The position numbers were made by a program, and so were the translations under genes. Below, in pieces: positions 9,461-17,700 of a DNA stretch of 53,065 bases. Numbering within the stretch: position 1 is the first letter of the stretch; every line of letters starts with the position of its first letter. The DNA is from Minisyncoccota bacterium (GTDB lineage: Bacteria > Patescibacteriota > Microgenomatia > UBA1400 > PJMF01): NCBI GenBank assembly GCA_029881675.1, contig JAOUMD010000004.1, forward strand, positions 1 to 53,065, given 5' to 3'. The notes under the pieces were generated by a model. The model ran no database searches, was not told where the DNA came from, and saw nothing but the letters and a program-made list of their open reading frames with translations.

Positions 9461-10210
9461 TTGGTTAAAAAAGCCTTGGTTCTGAAGTTTGGTGGCTCTG
9501 CCACTGTGGGAGATAATGGGTTAAATCCAGACTATATAGAGTGTTTCTTATTTGCTCTAAGTCTTTATTTAACATCAATGTATGAAAAGGCTGTTTTCAT
9601 TGTTGGTGGAGGACCACCTGCTCGAAAGGCTTTAAAAGAGCATGGAGAGATTGCTGGTCCATCAATTGCTCTAGAGTTGACAAGGAAACATGCTCGTCAG
9701 CTTGGTCAGGAGATATGTAGAATCGGTATGCCAGTTTGTGGCACAGTCCCAACAACTTTTTTGGAACTCCGTCAAGCTATCACCGATACAGATTTCGGAG
9801 TAGCGGTAGGAGGATTAGAGTTGGGTCAGACTACAGATGCTATCGCCATGTCAGCAGCAGGGATTCTGACAAACAGTGGTTATGAAGTGTCATTAGTTGT
9901 TCTTTCAAACATCGAGGCAATCTATAATATGCCACCTGAGATGGTTCAGGCTAGGGCAATAAAGCAGGCATCTTTAGATTGGTTTCTTGAAGAAAGGATC
10001 TTGCTTAATGATCCAAGCCTCTTCAAGGATGGAATGAATGTCCCTCTTGATCCGATTGCAACAGGTCGGTATCAAGTATTTGCTCAAAAGGTACCGTTGT
10101 ACTTCACAAAAGCAGATAACATCGCTGGAGTGAGACAGTTCCTTTCTGGTGAAAGTCCAGATAGCGGAACACTGATTGCTGATGGGGTAGAACCATGTTT
10201 TTACTTTTGA
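9461..10210 (+). CDS. Amino-acid-kinase-fold protein resembling archaeal-type uridylate kinase (divergent)
   Basis: VLKFGGS, IVGGG, GGLELGQTTDAIA, SNIEAIY, GMNVPLDPIA; TTG start with AAGGAGG SD. Confidence 0.7.
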   Translation: MVKKALVLKFGGSATVGDNGLNPDYIECFLFALSLYLTSMYEKAVFIVGGGPPARKALKEHGEIAGPSIALELTRKHARQLGQEICRIGMPVCGTVPTTFLELRQAITDTDFGVAVGGLELGQTTDAIAMSAAGILTNSGYEVSLVVLSNIEAIYNMPPEMVQARAIKQASLDWFLEERILLNDPSLFKDGMNVPLDPIATGRYQVFAQKVPLYFTKADNIAGVRQFLSGESPDSGTLIADGVEPCFYF

Positions 10211-10232
10211 AGAGTCAGCAGAACAGATATAC

Positions 10233-10267
10233 AAGAATGATCAGTGTCGAAACTGGTCATTTTTTTT
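10233..10267 (+). terminator. Intrinsic terminator
   Basis: AATGATCAGT-N6-ACTGGTCATT followed by a T run. Confidence 0.7.
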
Positions 10268-10288
10268 GTTTATTGAGCTAAATAGTGG

Positions 10289-10804
10289 TTAAAACCACCC
10301 TGGGAGGTAATCCCAATACTTGAGTAATAGTATTGTAAGGCTAATAGATATCACCACTACAGATTGGTGTGTAATTTGCATTAAGATATATCCCTTTTGT
10401 TGTGATATTTCCCCAAGGAATGGTTTAAATGATTTAAGGTGTCCCTCTAAATTATGGGGGTGGTGTTTTGGCCTGTGGAACTGTTGTAAGAAGAAGTAAA
10501 GAGCTTCCCCAGAAGAACGAACTGACCAGAATATTCCAATCAGCAATAAACCAACTCTTAAGTCATGACTTATCCAAGTAATGATGACAAAGATTAAATG
10601 GAGAAGACTAAAGACTAATAAGTCCTCCCAGACAAAAGCTCCAATAAAACTAGCCCATTGATAGACGAACTCTAAACTATCTTTGCTGTTATAAACCTTA
10701 CTCCAAGAAACAAGAAAATAGAGAACAAAGATTAAACCAAGAGAAAAAAGTATAAATGACATAACCTCGGGCAGGTTAGCTGATAACTTAAGTGATTGTA
10801 TCAC
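10289..10804 (-). CDS. Hypothetical multi-pass membrane protein
   Basis: 171-aa ORF with about 4 hydrophobic segments; start uncertain. Confidence 0.65.
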   Translation of the reverse strand: MIQSLKLSANLPEVMSFILFSLGLIFVLYFLVSWSKVYNSKDSLEFVYQWASFIGAFVWEDLLVFSLLHLIFVIITWISHDLRVGLLLIGIFWSVRSSGEALYFFLQQFHRPKHHPHNLEGHLKSFKPFLGEISQQKGYILMQITHQSVVVISISLTILLLKYWDYLPGWF

Positions 10805-10883
10805 CTGATATTTGCTTGAATTTAATAGAGATGAGATGATAAGGTATCAGAATATTCACAGTATCTAATTAGTCTACATCTCT

Positions 10884-11594
10884 ATGGGAAACAAATTACA
10901 AAATACAGCTACTCTAGTTAATAGAGTTGTTCATAATGAAAAATATATCCAATGTACTTTTGAGTTAGAGGAGTCATTTTCTCAAAGACCACAAGCAGGT
11001 CAATATGTTTCATTCAGACTTGGAGAAAGAAAAGAAATCCGTTCATACTCAATTTGTAGTATGCCTTCAGACTCTAAAAGCTTTGATTTGATGGTTGATG
11101 TTACCCCACAAGGGATTGGGACAACTTTCCTCCAAAATGCTGAAATTGGTACCCAGGTAGAGCTCTTAGGTCCATTGGGAAGGTTTGTATTGAGTGAAGG
11201 AATAGAGAACAAGAAAGTATTCTTAATTGGCACAGGATCAGGCGTAGCTCCTCTTAGAGCAATGGTACTGGATTTACTTAGGAATAGAAAAACAACTCAG
11301 CAAGTTACTCTAATGTGGGGAGAGAGATTCTCTCAGAATCTAATTTGGCAAGATGAGATGAAAGAATTAGAGAGTAAATTCCCAAACTTTAAATTTATCC
11401 CAGTAATATCAAGACCAGCAGAGACTGATCAATGTGCAAAGGGTAGAGTAACTGGTTGTATTGATCCAATGCATTTAACAGAGAATACCGAGTATTACCT
11501 CTGTGGAGGTAAAGCAATGATTGAAGAGACTATGGAGATACTTCAGAAGAAATGGGTAGATAGGTCAGTGATCTTCCATGAGAAGTTTGATTAA
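10884..11594 (+). CDS. FAD/NAD(P)-binding oxidoreductase, ferredoxin-NADP+ reductase-like family
   Basis: GQY, RSYSI, GPLGRF, GTGSGVAP, YLCG, HEKF. Confidence 0.9.
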   Translation: MGNKLQNTATLVNRVVHNEKYIQCTFELEESFSQRPQAGQYVSFRLGERKEIRSYSICSMPSDSKSFDLMVDVTPQGIGTTFLQNAEIGTQVELLGPLGRFVLSEGIENKKVFLIGTGSGVAPLRAMVLDLLRNRKTTQQVTLMWGERFSQNLIWQDEMKELESKFPNFKFIPVISRPAETDQCAKGRVTGCIDPMHLTENTEYYLCGGKAMIEETMEILQKKWVDRSVIFHEKFD

Positions 11595-11600
11595 TTGGTC

Positions 11601-12371
11601 TTAGTCAAATAGTTTGTCTGTATTAATACGAATGGAACCAGTACCTTCACAAGGCATTCCTCTCTCAAATTTTTCAGATTGGAGTTCTTCGTCATAATCT
11701 ATAATTGCATCAATCATATAATCTAAAAAGTCTTCTAAAGATCCACTAAATTGCCAATTATTGTTTTCTCCGGTTTCTGCTCTAAAGTCAGAATTCCAAA
11801 CTCTCTTTTTTGGTAATTGAAATTCAACTAAGTATTTATCATTATTTGCATCAGAATCATCTTTAATAAGTCGAATTCTAAATCTGACATACCTTCTATT
11901 TTCGAGCTCTTCCCATTCTCCCATCAGGTCAGTAAAAAGCCCACCTCTTTTTGCCATGTCATTCATCGTTTTAACATATTCAGAATGATCTGATGGCTCT
12001 GTGTAACCATCCCATTCTTCCCATGGGTATAGTAAAACAAACTTTAATTCAATCGATAATTCTTCCAAATTTTCTTCAATAATTAAACTAGAATCATATT
12101 GTCCCTCGATATCACCATTCTTTTTCTTTTTACCCACCTTATCCCAAAAAGTTCTAATAGCTTGACGTAAATTTAAATCTTCGGAAATTTTTAATAGTTC
12201 TGCCCACTCTGGTCTTAGTCTCAATTCTTCGTCTCTGAATGATTCTTCTTGCTTATCTTCAGCTGTAATCATTTGTGATATGACAGCATCAGCACTACGT
12301 TGTAATGATCTCTCATCAATTTCTAATTTAAGTCTTTGTTCAAAAGTTAAGTGTTCTTTATTGTTAGGCAT
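11601..12371 (-). CDS. Hypothetical acidic protein
   Basis: Long ORF; likely start ATG12371 (MPNNKEH); no motif recognised. Confidence 0.65.
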   Translation of the reverse strand: MPNNKEHLTFEQRLKLEIDERSLQRSADAVISQMITAEDKQEESFRDEELRLRPEWAELLKISEDLNLRQAIRTFWDKVGKKKKNGDIEGQYDSSLIIEENLEELSIELKFVLLYPWEEWDGYTEPSDHSEYVKTMNDMAKRGGLFTDLMGEWEELENRRYVRFRIRLIKDDSDANNDKYLVEFQLPKKRVWNSDFRAETGENNNWQFSGSLEDFLDYMIDAIIDYDEELQSEKFERGMPCEGTGSIRINTDKLFD

Positions 12372-12573
12372 ATTGTGTAAAAAAAATCCACTTTCCAATG
12401 GGCAAGTGGTTTATAAATAAATTTCTGAAAATAATTATAACATGTTCTTGTTAAATTATAGTTTTAAGCTTGTTTAATCAACCCTATGATCACCTATTTC
12501 TAATATTTATTTTCAAGTTCTTTAACCTCATTACTTAGTCTTTAAGTTAAAGTAATATTGATCTAAGTCTTTC

Positions 12574-12659
12574 TGGCGGAAGTGGAGGGATTCGAACCCA
12601 CGAAGCCCGAAGGCTCACGCTTTCCAAGCGTGTGCAATTGGCCACTATGCGACACTTCC
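12574..12659 (-). tRNA. tRNA-Ser(GGA)
   Basis: CACGC-TT-GGA-AA-GCGTG anticodon arm, long variable arm, GGTTCGAATCC, encoded CCA. Confidence 0.96.
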
Positions 12660-12779
12660 ATTGCTTTCAGACTTGAATTATATCATCTATCATCTGTGTA
12701 GAATTACTGATATTTATTCCTACTCAAGCGGGGTATACATCCATTATGCATTGTGCATTATGCTATACTTATTTATTAA

Positions 12780-12857
12780 ATGAAAAATATTTATTTTACA
12801 CATCCAATGAAGAATACCTGTCTCCAAATTATTTGGGTCCAGCGGGGTGTGTCGTAA
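12780..12857 (+). CDS. Putative 25-aa leader peptide MKNIYFTHPMKNTCLQIIWVQRGVS
   Basis: Follows TGCTATACT (12761-12769); its 3' end overlaps a segment complementary to the 5' arm of the downstream terminator. Confidence 0.4.
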   Translation: MKNIYFTHPMKNTCLQIIWVQRGVS

Positions 12858-12880
12858 CAAATATTTAAAAAAATAAAAAC

Positions 12881-12910
12881 TACACCCCGCACAAAGAAGC
12901 GGGGTTTTTT
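12881..12910 (+). terminator. Conditional (attenuator-type) terminator
   Basis: ACCCCGC-ACAAAGAA-GCGGGGT followed by Ts; its 5' arm can alternatively pair with GCGGGGTGTG at 12842-12851. Confidence 0.6.
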
Positions 12911-12938
12911 AAATCCCTAACGGGGAAGAAAGGCAATC

Positions 12939-13109
12939 ATGGACGGTGTACAGCGAGTTCCATATAGCAGAAAAGCATTAGAAAACTTAGCAATGGCGCT
13001 TCGCGTCGATACTGCAGCTATTTGGTTCAATCCTACAACCAGCCGTGTTGATCTAAAAGAAACTAGGAGAGATGAAGATCTTGACGAGTTAATGGAAGCC
13101 GAGGAGTAA
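12939..13109 (+). CDS. Unannotated 56-aa protein MDGVQRVPYSRKALENLAMALRVDTAAIWFNPTTSRVDLKETRRDEDLDELMEAEE
   Basis: Open frame ATG12939-TAA13109 with SD-like GAAAGG; below the ORF-track size cut-off. Confidence 0.55.
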   Translation: MDGVQRVPYSRKALENLAMALRVDTAAIWFNPTTSRVDLKETRRDEDLDELMEAEE

Positions 13110-13130
13110 ATAATTACTCTCGAGTAGACA

Positions 13131-13139
13131 TGATATAAT
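13131..13139 (+). promoter_or_regulatory. Extended -10 promoter of the thrS leader
   Basis: TGATATAAT, ending 7 nt before the leader ATG. Confidence 0.65.
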
Positions 13140-13146
13140 ATTCTCA

Positions 13147-13203
13147 ATGTTATTGAAGAAGTTTCTTTTACCAACCACTACCACCACAACGATGAAGCGT
13201 TAG
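13147..13203 (+). CDS. thrS leader peptide MLLKKFLLPTTTTTTMKR
   Basis: Six consecutive Thr codons ACC ACT ACC ACC ACA ACG upstream of the threonyl-tRNA synthetase gene, followed by an antiterminator/terminator. Confidence 0.85.
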   Translation: MLLKKFLLPTTTTTTMKR

Positions 13204-13260
13204 GGAGGTTTAGTGTTTAAAAGAAAACGAGACCTCCCGAAAGGGGGGTCTTTTAGTTTT
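13203..13260 (+). promoter_or_regulatory. Transcription attenuator (antiterminator 2:3, terminator 3:4)
   Basis: GGGAGGTTT (13203-13211) pairs with AGACCTCCC (13230-13238), which alternatively forms AGACCTCCC-GAAA-GGGGGGTCT followed by TTTAGTTTT. Confidence 0.85.
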
Positions 13261-13466
13261 GGAGACCTTTTGGGCGCAAAAGTTAAAACACACGTGTAAT
13301 AAAACATTAATAAAAAGGAATAAATATAGTTTTAGAGTACAGAGTAGCGTCAATATAAAATGTTTAAAAACTATTCGGGTTTGGTTAAAATTCGGTTACA
13401 GAATAGGGCTTTTATAGGTTATGATTATTTTATAGAAAAGTACCTAAGAATATTAAGAAAAAAGTT

Positions 13467-15239
13467 ATGAAAAAAGATAATAAAGAGTATCTATTTAAAT
13501 TGCGTCATTCAGCAGAGCATGTCTTGACTCAGGCAATGGTTAATCTCTATGGAAGAGATAAGATTATTATGGCCATGGGTCCTGCTACAGAAGAAGGGTT
13601 CTATTTTGATTTTGAGACAAAAGATATCAAGGTATCAGAAGAAAATTTTTCCAAGATTGAAAAAGAAATGTATAAGATCGTTAATAAAGGTTTTGATATT
13701 ACTCGTCATGAGATTGAGATTAGTGATGCTAGAGAATTATTTAAAGATAATTCATATAAGCAAGAATGGCTTGATGAGATTGAAGCAGCAGGAGAGAAGG
13801 CAACTGTTTATTGGACAGGAGAGCCTAATGCTGAGGGTAGTTTTGTAGATCTTTGTAAGGGTCCTCATATTGATAATACAAAAGAAATTGGAGCTATTAA
13901 GTTACTTAGTGTTGCTGGGGCATATTGGCGTGGTGATGAGAAAAACCAGATGTTAACTCGTATTTACGGGACTGCATTTGAAAGTAGAGAAGAGCTTAAG
14001 GCATATCTTCATATGCTTGAAGAAGCCAAGAAAAGAGATCATAAGAAACTTGGTAAAGAGTTAGACCTCTTTACTTTCTCTAACTTAGTTGGAGCAGGCT
14101 TACCGCTTTGGACTCCAAAAGGCACTCTAATTCGTAATATTCTGGAAGACTATGTCTGGCAACTTCGTAGTGCCAAAGGTTACCAAAAAGTCACTATTCC
14201 TCATATTACAAAAAAGGATTTATATGAGACTAGTGGCCATTGGGCAAAGTATGAGGATGATTTATTTAAGATTGAGACAAGAGAGGGACACACATTTGCT
14301 ATGAAGCCAATGAACTGTCCTCATCATACTCAGATTTATGATCACGTCCCAAGATCCTACAAAGATTTACCTCAAAGATATAGTGAGACAACTATGGTTT
14401 ACCGTGATGAACAATCTGGTGAGTTAAGTGGTCTTTCTCGTGTCAGATGTATTACCCAAGATGATGCCCATGTCTTTTGTAGAGAGTCACAACTTGAAGA
14501 TGAGATGTTAGCTATCTGGGATATTATTGAGACTTTTTATAAAGATACAGGTTTCCCTAAACTAGAAGTGAGATTATCCCTTCATGATCCAGAGAAGATG
14601 GAGAATTATCTTGGAGAAGAAGAAGATTGGCAACGTTGGGAAGATGGTTTAAGAAATCTAGCTAAAAAGCGTGGAGTAGAGTTTGTCGAACAAAAAGGCG
14701 AGGCAGCTTTCTATGGTCCTAAGATTGACTTCATTGCATATGACTCAATTGGTCGTGAGTGGCAAGTTGCTACAATTCAGGCTGATCGTAACATGCCAAA
14801 AAGCTTTGATTTAAACTGTGCCAATGAAGAAAATGAAGTAGAAAGAATAGTCATGGTCCATGCTGCAATCATGGGTTCAATAGAAAGATTTATGTCTATT
14901 CTAATTGAGCACCATGCAGGAGCATTCCCAGTTTGGATATCTCCAGTACAGGCAGTTGTTCTCCCTATCTCAGATAGACATTTAGAGTATGCAAAAGAAG
15001 TAGCAGCACAAGCATTAGAGTTAGGTCTTCGTGTTGAAGTAGTAGATACTAATGAGAGTCTTTCTAAAAAGATTAGAAATGCTCAAAAAGGCAAGATTCC
15101 ATATTCATTAGTAGTTGGTGACGAAGAAGTAGAGAAGAAGACAGTAGCTGTGCGTAGAAGAGGTGAGAGAGAACAAGAAGTGGTCTCTGTAGATGAGTTC
15201 TTGGCTAAGTTAGTTAAACAAGATCAGGATAAATCTTAA
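13467..15239 (+). CDS. thrS: Threonine--tRNA ligase (no N-terminal TGS domain)
   Basis: RHSAEH and DLCKGPH editing motifs, KPMNCP, TQDDAH, AAFYGPKIDF, GSIERF. Confidence 0.98.
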   Translation: MKKDNKEYLFKLRHSAEHVLTQAMVNLYGRDKIIMAMGPATEEGFYFDFETKDIKVSEENFSKIEKEMYKIVNKGFDITRHEIEISDARELFKDNSYKQEWLDEIEAAGEKATVYWTGEPNAEGSFVDLCKGPHIDNTKEIGAIKLLSVAGAYWRGDEKNQMLTRIYGTAFESREELKAYLHMLEEAKKRDHKKLGKELDLFTFSNLVGAGLPLWTPKGTLIRNILEDYVWQLRSAKGYQKVTIPHITKKDLYETSGHWAKYEDDLFKIETREGHTFAMKPMNCPHHTQIYDHVPRSYKDLPQRYSETTMVYRDEQSGELSGLSRVRCITQDDAHVFCRESQLEDEMLAIWDIIETFYKDTGFPKLEVRLSLHDPEKMENYLGEEEDWQRWEDGLRNLAKKRGVEFVEQKGEAAFYGPKIDFIAYDSIGREWQVATIQADRNMPKSFDLNCANEENEVERIVMVHAAIMGSIERFMSILIEHHAGAFPVWISPVQAVVLPISDRHLEYAKEVAAQALELGLRVEVVDTNESLSKKIRNAQKGKIPYSLVVGDEEVEKKTVAVRRRGEREQEVVSVDEFLAKLVKQDQDKS

Positions 15240-15262
15240 ATATAATTTGTTATATAAAAGTA

Positions 15263-15295
15263 AACACCCTCGCTAGCAGTTGCTAGGAGGGTGTT
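15263..15295. terminator. Bidirectional terminator between thrS and the STAS gene
   Basis: AACACCCTC-G-CTAGCA-GT-TGCTAG-GAGGGTGTT inverted repeat. Confidence 0.7.
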
Positions 15296-15314
15296 CTTGT
15301 ATCTTGAGCATTGG

Positions 15315-15668
15315 CTATGCTGTGTGCAATATAGCTAATGCATCTTCTAAATTGGTTTGAATGTTCATGAACGTATCTAGACCGGTCATCGCAATCTTAT
15401 CTGTAACATTGTGGTGACAAGATTCAACAAAGATCAAGAGTTTATTCTCGTTTGCGTAGCGAATGAAGACCATCAGTCCTTCTTGAGACAGCTTTTCAAG
15501 CTGTCTCATATTGATGATGATCTTTTTTTCTTCTACCTTACCAAGAACATCCTCTAACTTGTCTCTGTCTTGAAAAGCTGAGTCAAGCAAACCATAGCAG
15601 AAGGTTCCAGACAGGCTGACTATCAAAACATCATCCTGTACTTCATGAGTTATATTAAGCATCTCCAT
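15315..15668 (-). CDS. STAS-domain protein (anti-sigma-factor antagonist-like)
   Basis: VLIVSLSG, IIINMRQLEKLSQEGL, AMTGLDTFMNI..NLEDAL; own promoter and SD. Confidence 0.75.
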   Translation of the reverse strand: MEMLNITHEVQDDVLIVSLSGTFCYGLLDSAFQDRDKLEDVLGKVEEKKIIINMRQLEKLSQEGLMVFIRYANENKLLIFVESCHHNVTDKIAMTGLDTFMNIQTNLEDALAILHTA

Positions 15669-15774
15669 GCTCCTTATCTCTAAAGTTACATCTTTTGAGG
15701 ATGTAACCGCTTAATTTAGGTGTCAATTATATCACTTTATATCAAAAGAAGATCGGTATGTCAGAAAATTATGT

Positions 15775-16182
15775 TTAGGCTGCTATGGGATCTGGATTAT
15801 TTCCTGTAAGGTTTACAAGAGCGAGTGGGTAAAAATCTGTGATATCTAAGTCTTCCAATGCTTCTATTTCTGTAAGAAAAGTTTTATAAAAAGAGCTAAA
15901 GCCAGTTACTTCAGCGGCATCAAATTGTTCTTTATTTGGAAAGACAACTCTAGTCTCAACTCCAAGTAGTTTAGCTTCTCTGGTAATTTGGAGGATCATT
16001 CTGAGGCATGTGCTCCCAGTCCCAGATTCAAAATGGGCCACAATAAGAGCTTTATTAATTAGTTTGAGGGCAGTATATGATTGGTGAAATATTTCTGTAC
16101 CACCATTGATTTGCCCATTCCAATTAATATCTAATTTTCCATTGTCACCATTGCGGTAGAATTCCATCTGAGATGAAGCCAT
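15775..16182 (-). CDS. Divergent STAS-like protein
   Basis: GSTCLRMIL...EVTGFSSFYKTFLTEIEALEDL resembles a STAS C-terminal half; likely start ATG16182, since the track start lies beyond the rplA terminator. Confidence 0.55.
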   Translation of the reverse strand: MASSQMEFYRNGDNGKLDINWNGQINGGTEIFHQSYTALKLINKALIVAHFESGTGSTCLRMILQITREAKLLGVETRVVFPNKEQFDAAEVTGFSSFYKTFLTEIEALEDLDITDFYPLALVNLTGNNPDPIAA

Positions 16183-16200
16183 TAATAGAATATTAGTACT

Positions 16201-16230
16201 AAAAAGCTCACACGTATAGTGTGAGCTTTT
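16201..16230 (-). terminator. rplKA terminator
   Basis: AAAAGCTCACAC-GTATA-GTGTGAGCTTTT. Confidence 0.8.
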
Positions 16231-16289
16231 CATACTTTTTATTAATTATTAGTTATTTATTGATAAATAGCCATTAATTAAGTTTGTTT

Positions 16290-16979
16290 TTATTTTTCTA
16301 ATTGAACTTTAACACTAGGGCTCATAGTAGAACAAAGGTTAAGTTTTACAACTCTACCTTTGAATCCATTAAGAAGTGCCTCAACATTTGCAGCAAGTTC
16401 TTCTGTAGTCATGCTTGTTTTACCAACACCGACATGAACTAAAGGAGCTTTTCTTTCAGTTTTGATCATGACTTTACCAGCTTCAAGTTCTTTTTTCTTA
16501 GCTTCTGGGTTTGTAGTTAAAGTACCACTCTTAGGGTTAGGCATTAAACCTTTTGGACCTAAGACTCTAGCAAACTTTGTAAGCTTAGACATGTCTGAAG
16601 GTGTAGCAATAAGGACATCAAAATCAATATTACCTGCTTCAATATCTTTAATTACTTTGTCAGAGAAGATAGTAATTTTAGATGCTTTACCAGTAGAGTG
16701 AGGGAAACTAATGTTTGCATTAATTCCAGCCTCTTTTACTACTAAGTGAGCTTCAACTGTACCGTCAAATTTAGAATAAGAAAGAGATTTAACTAGCTCA
16801 AGAGCTTTGTTAAGATCATATCTTTTAGTCTTATCTAATTTAGATCTAGATAAAGTATATTTTTTACTTCTTAATCTTTGATTAACTTTTTGTTTTGTTT
16901 CTGCTACTTCTGTTGTTGGTTCTTCAACGATTTTAACGTCTTCAGTTCCAGAAATAGTTACATTTTTTGTTGTTCCCAT
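16290..16979 (-). CDS. rplA: 50S ribosomal protein uL1
   Basis: KFDGTVE, LGPKGLMPNPKSGT, STMSP. Confidence 0.97.
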   Translation of the reverse strand: MGTTKNVTISGTEDVKIVEEPTTEVAETKQKVNQRLRSKKYTLSRSKLDKTKRYDLNKALELVKSLSYSKFDGTVEAHLVVKEAGINANISFPHSTGKASKITIFSDKVIKDIEAGNIDFDVLIATPSDMSKLTKFARVLGPKGLMPNPKSGTLTTNPEAKKKELEAGKVMIKTERKAPLVHVGVGKTSMTTEELAANVEALLNGFKGRVVKLNLCSTMSPSVKVQLEK

Positions 16980-16987
16980 ATTTCTCC

Positions 16988-17410
16988 TTAAACTATCTGG
17001 ACACCCATACTACGGGCTGCACCTGCTATTGATTTCATTGCTGATTCAAGATCATTTGTATTAAGATCTGGCATTTTTTCTTCTGCGATTGCTCTTAATT
17101 GGTCTTTTGTCATAGTACCTGCAGAAACTTTGCCAGCTTCACCACTACCTTTTTTAAGTTTGATAGCTTGCATGATCATTGCTGAGACTGGAGGAAGTTT
17201 TAATTCAAATGTGAAAGATCTGTCTTTATAAACAGTAATTTCAGCAGGAATTGTTTGACCTCTTTTGTCTTTGGTTCTGTCATTATATTGTTTAATGAAG
17301 TCCATCATGTTAATACCAGCTTGACCTAGGATAGGTCCTACAGGTGGTGCAGGTGTTGCACTACCAGCTGGAAGATTAAGCTTGAGGACACTGATGATAG
17401 CTTTTGCCAT
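16988..17410 (-). CDS. rplK: 50S ribosomal protein uL11
   Basis: AGSATPAPPVGPILGQ, KMPDLN, ARSMG. Confidence 0.98.
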   Translation of the reverse strand: MAKAIISVLKLNLPAGSATPAPPVGPILGQAGINMMDFIKQYNDRTKDKRGQTIPAEITVYKDRSFTFELKLPPVSAMIMQAIKLKKGSGEAGKVSAGTMTKDQLRAIAEEKMPDLNTNDLESAMKSIAGAARSMGVQIV

Positions 17411-17700
17411 AAATGTTCCTTGTTTTAATTTCCACCATAAAGGTGATTTAAATAATTATTAATTTTGATTAAGATTTTAGAAAAAGAGTTAGCGTAAAGA
17501 CTTGTAGGGTGCTATTTATATAATTTGCACCTGGGGTAGAGAAGTGTATTCTCAAATATGTTGTCTTAACGCAAGTTATTTTTCAAATCTTGCTCCCTCA
17601 ATGTTTATTCTCCCGAGGTTTGGGAATAGATAACAATTATATCATCAAGTAGATAAATCTCTAGTAGAAGTATTGATTTGGGTTGTTATAAAGGTAAACT

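Noticed and set aside
12917-13174. 85-aa minus-strand ORF
   Set aside because: Shadow of the SD-led 56-aa ORF and the thrS leader promoter on the + strand; no start signals of its own
13110-13466. T-box riboswitch upstream of thrS
   Set aside because: No GGTGGNACCGCG T-box sequence or Stem I motifs; the leader-peptide model explains the structure
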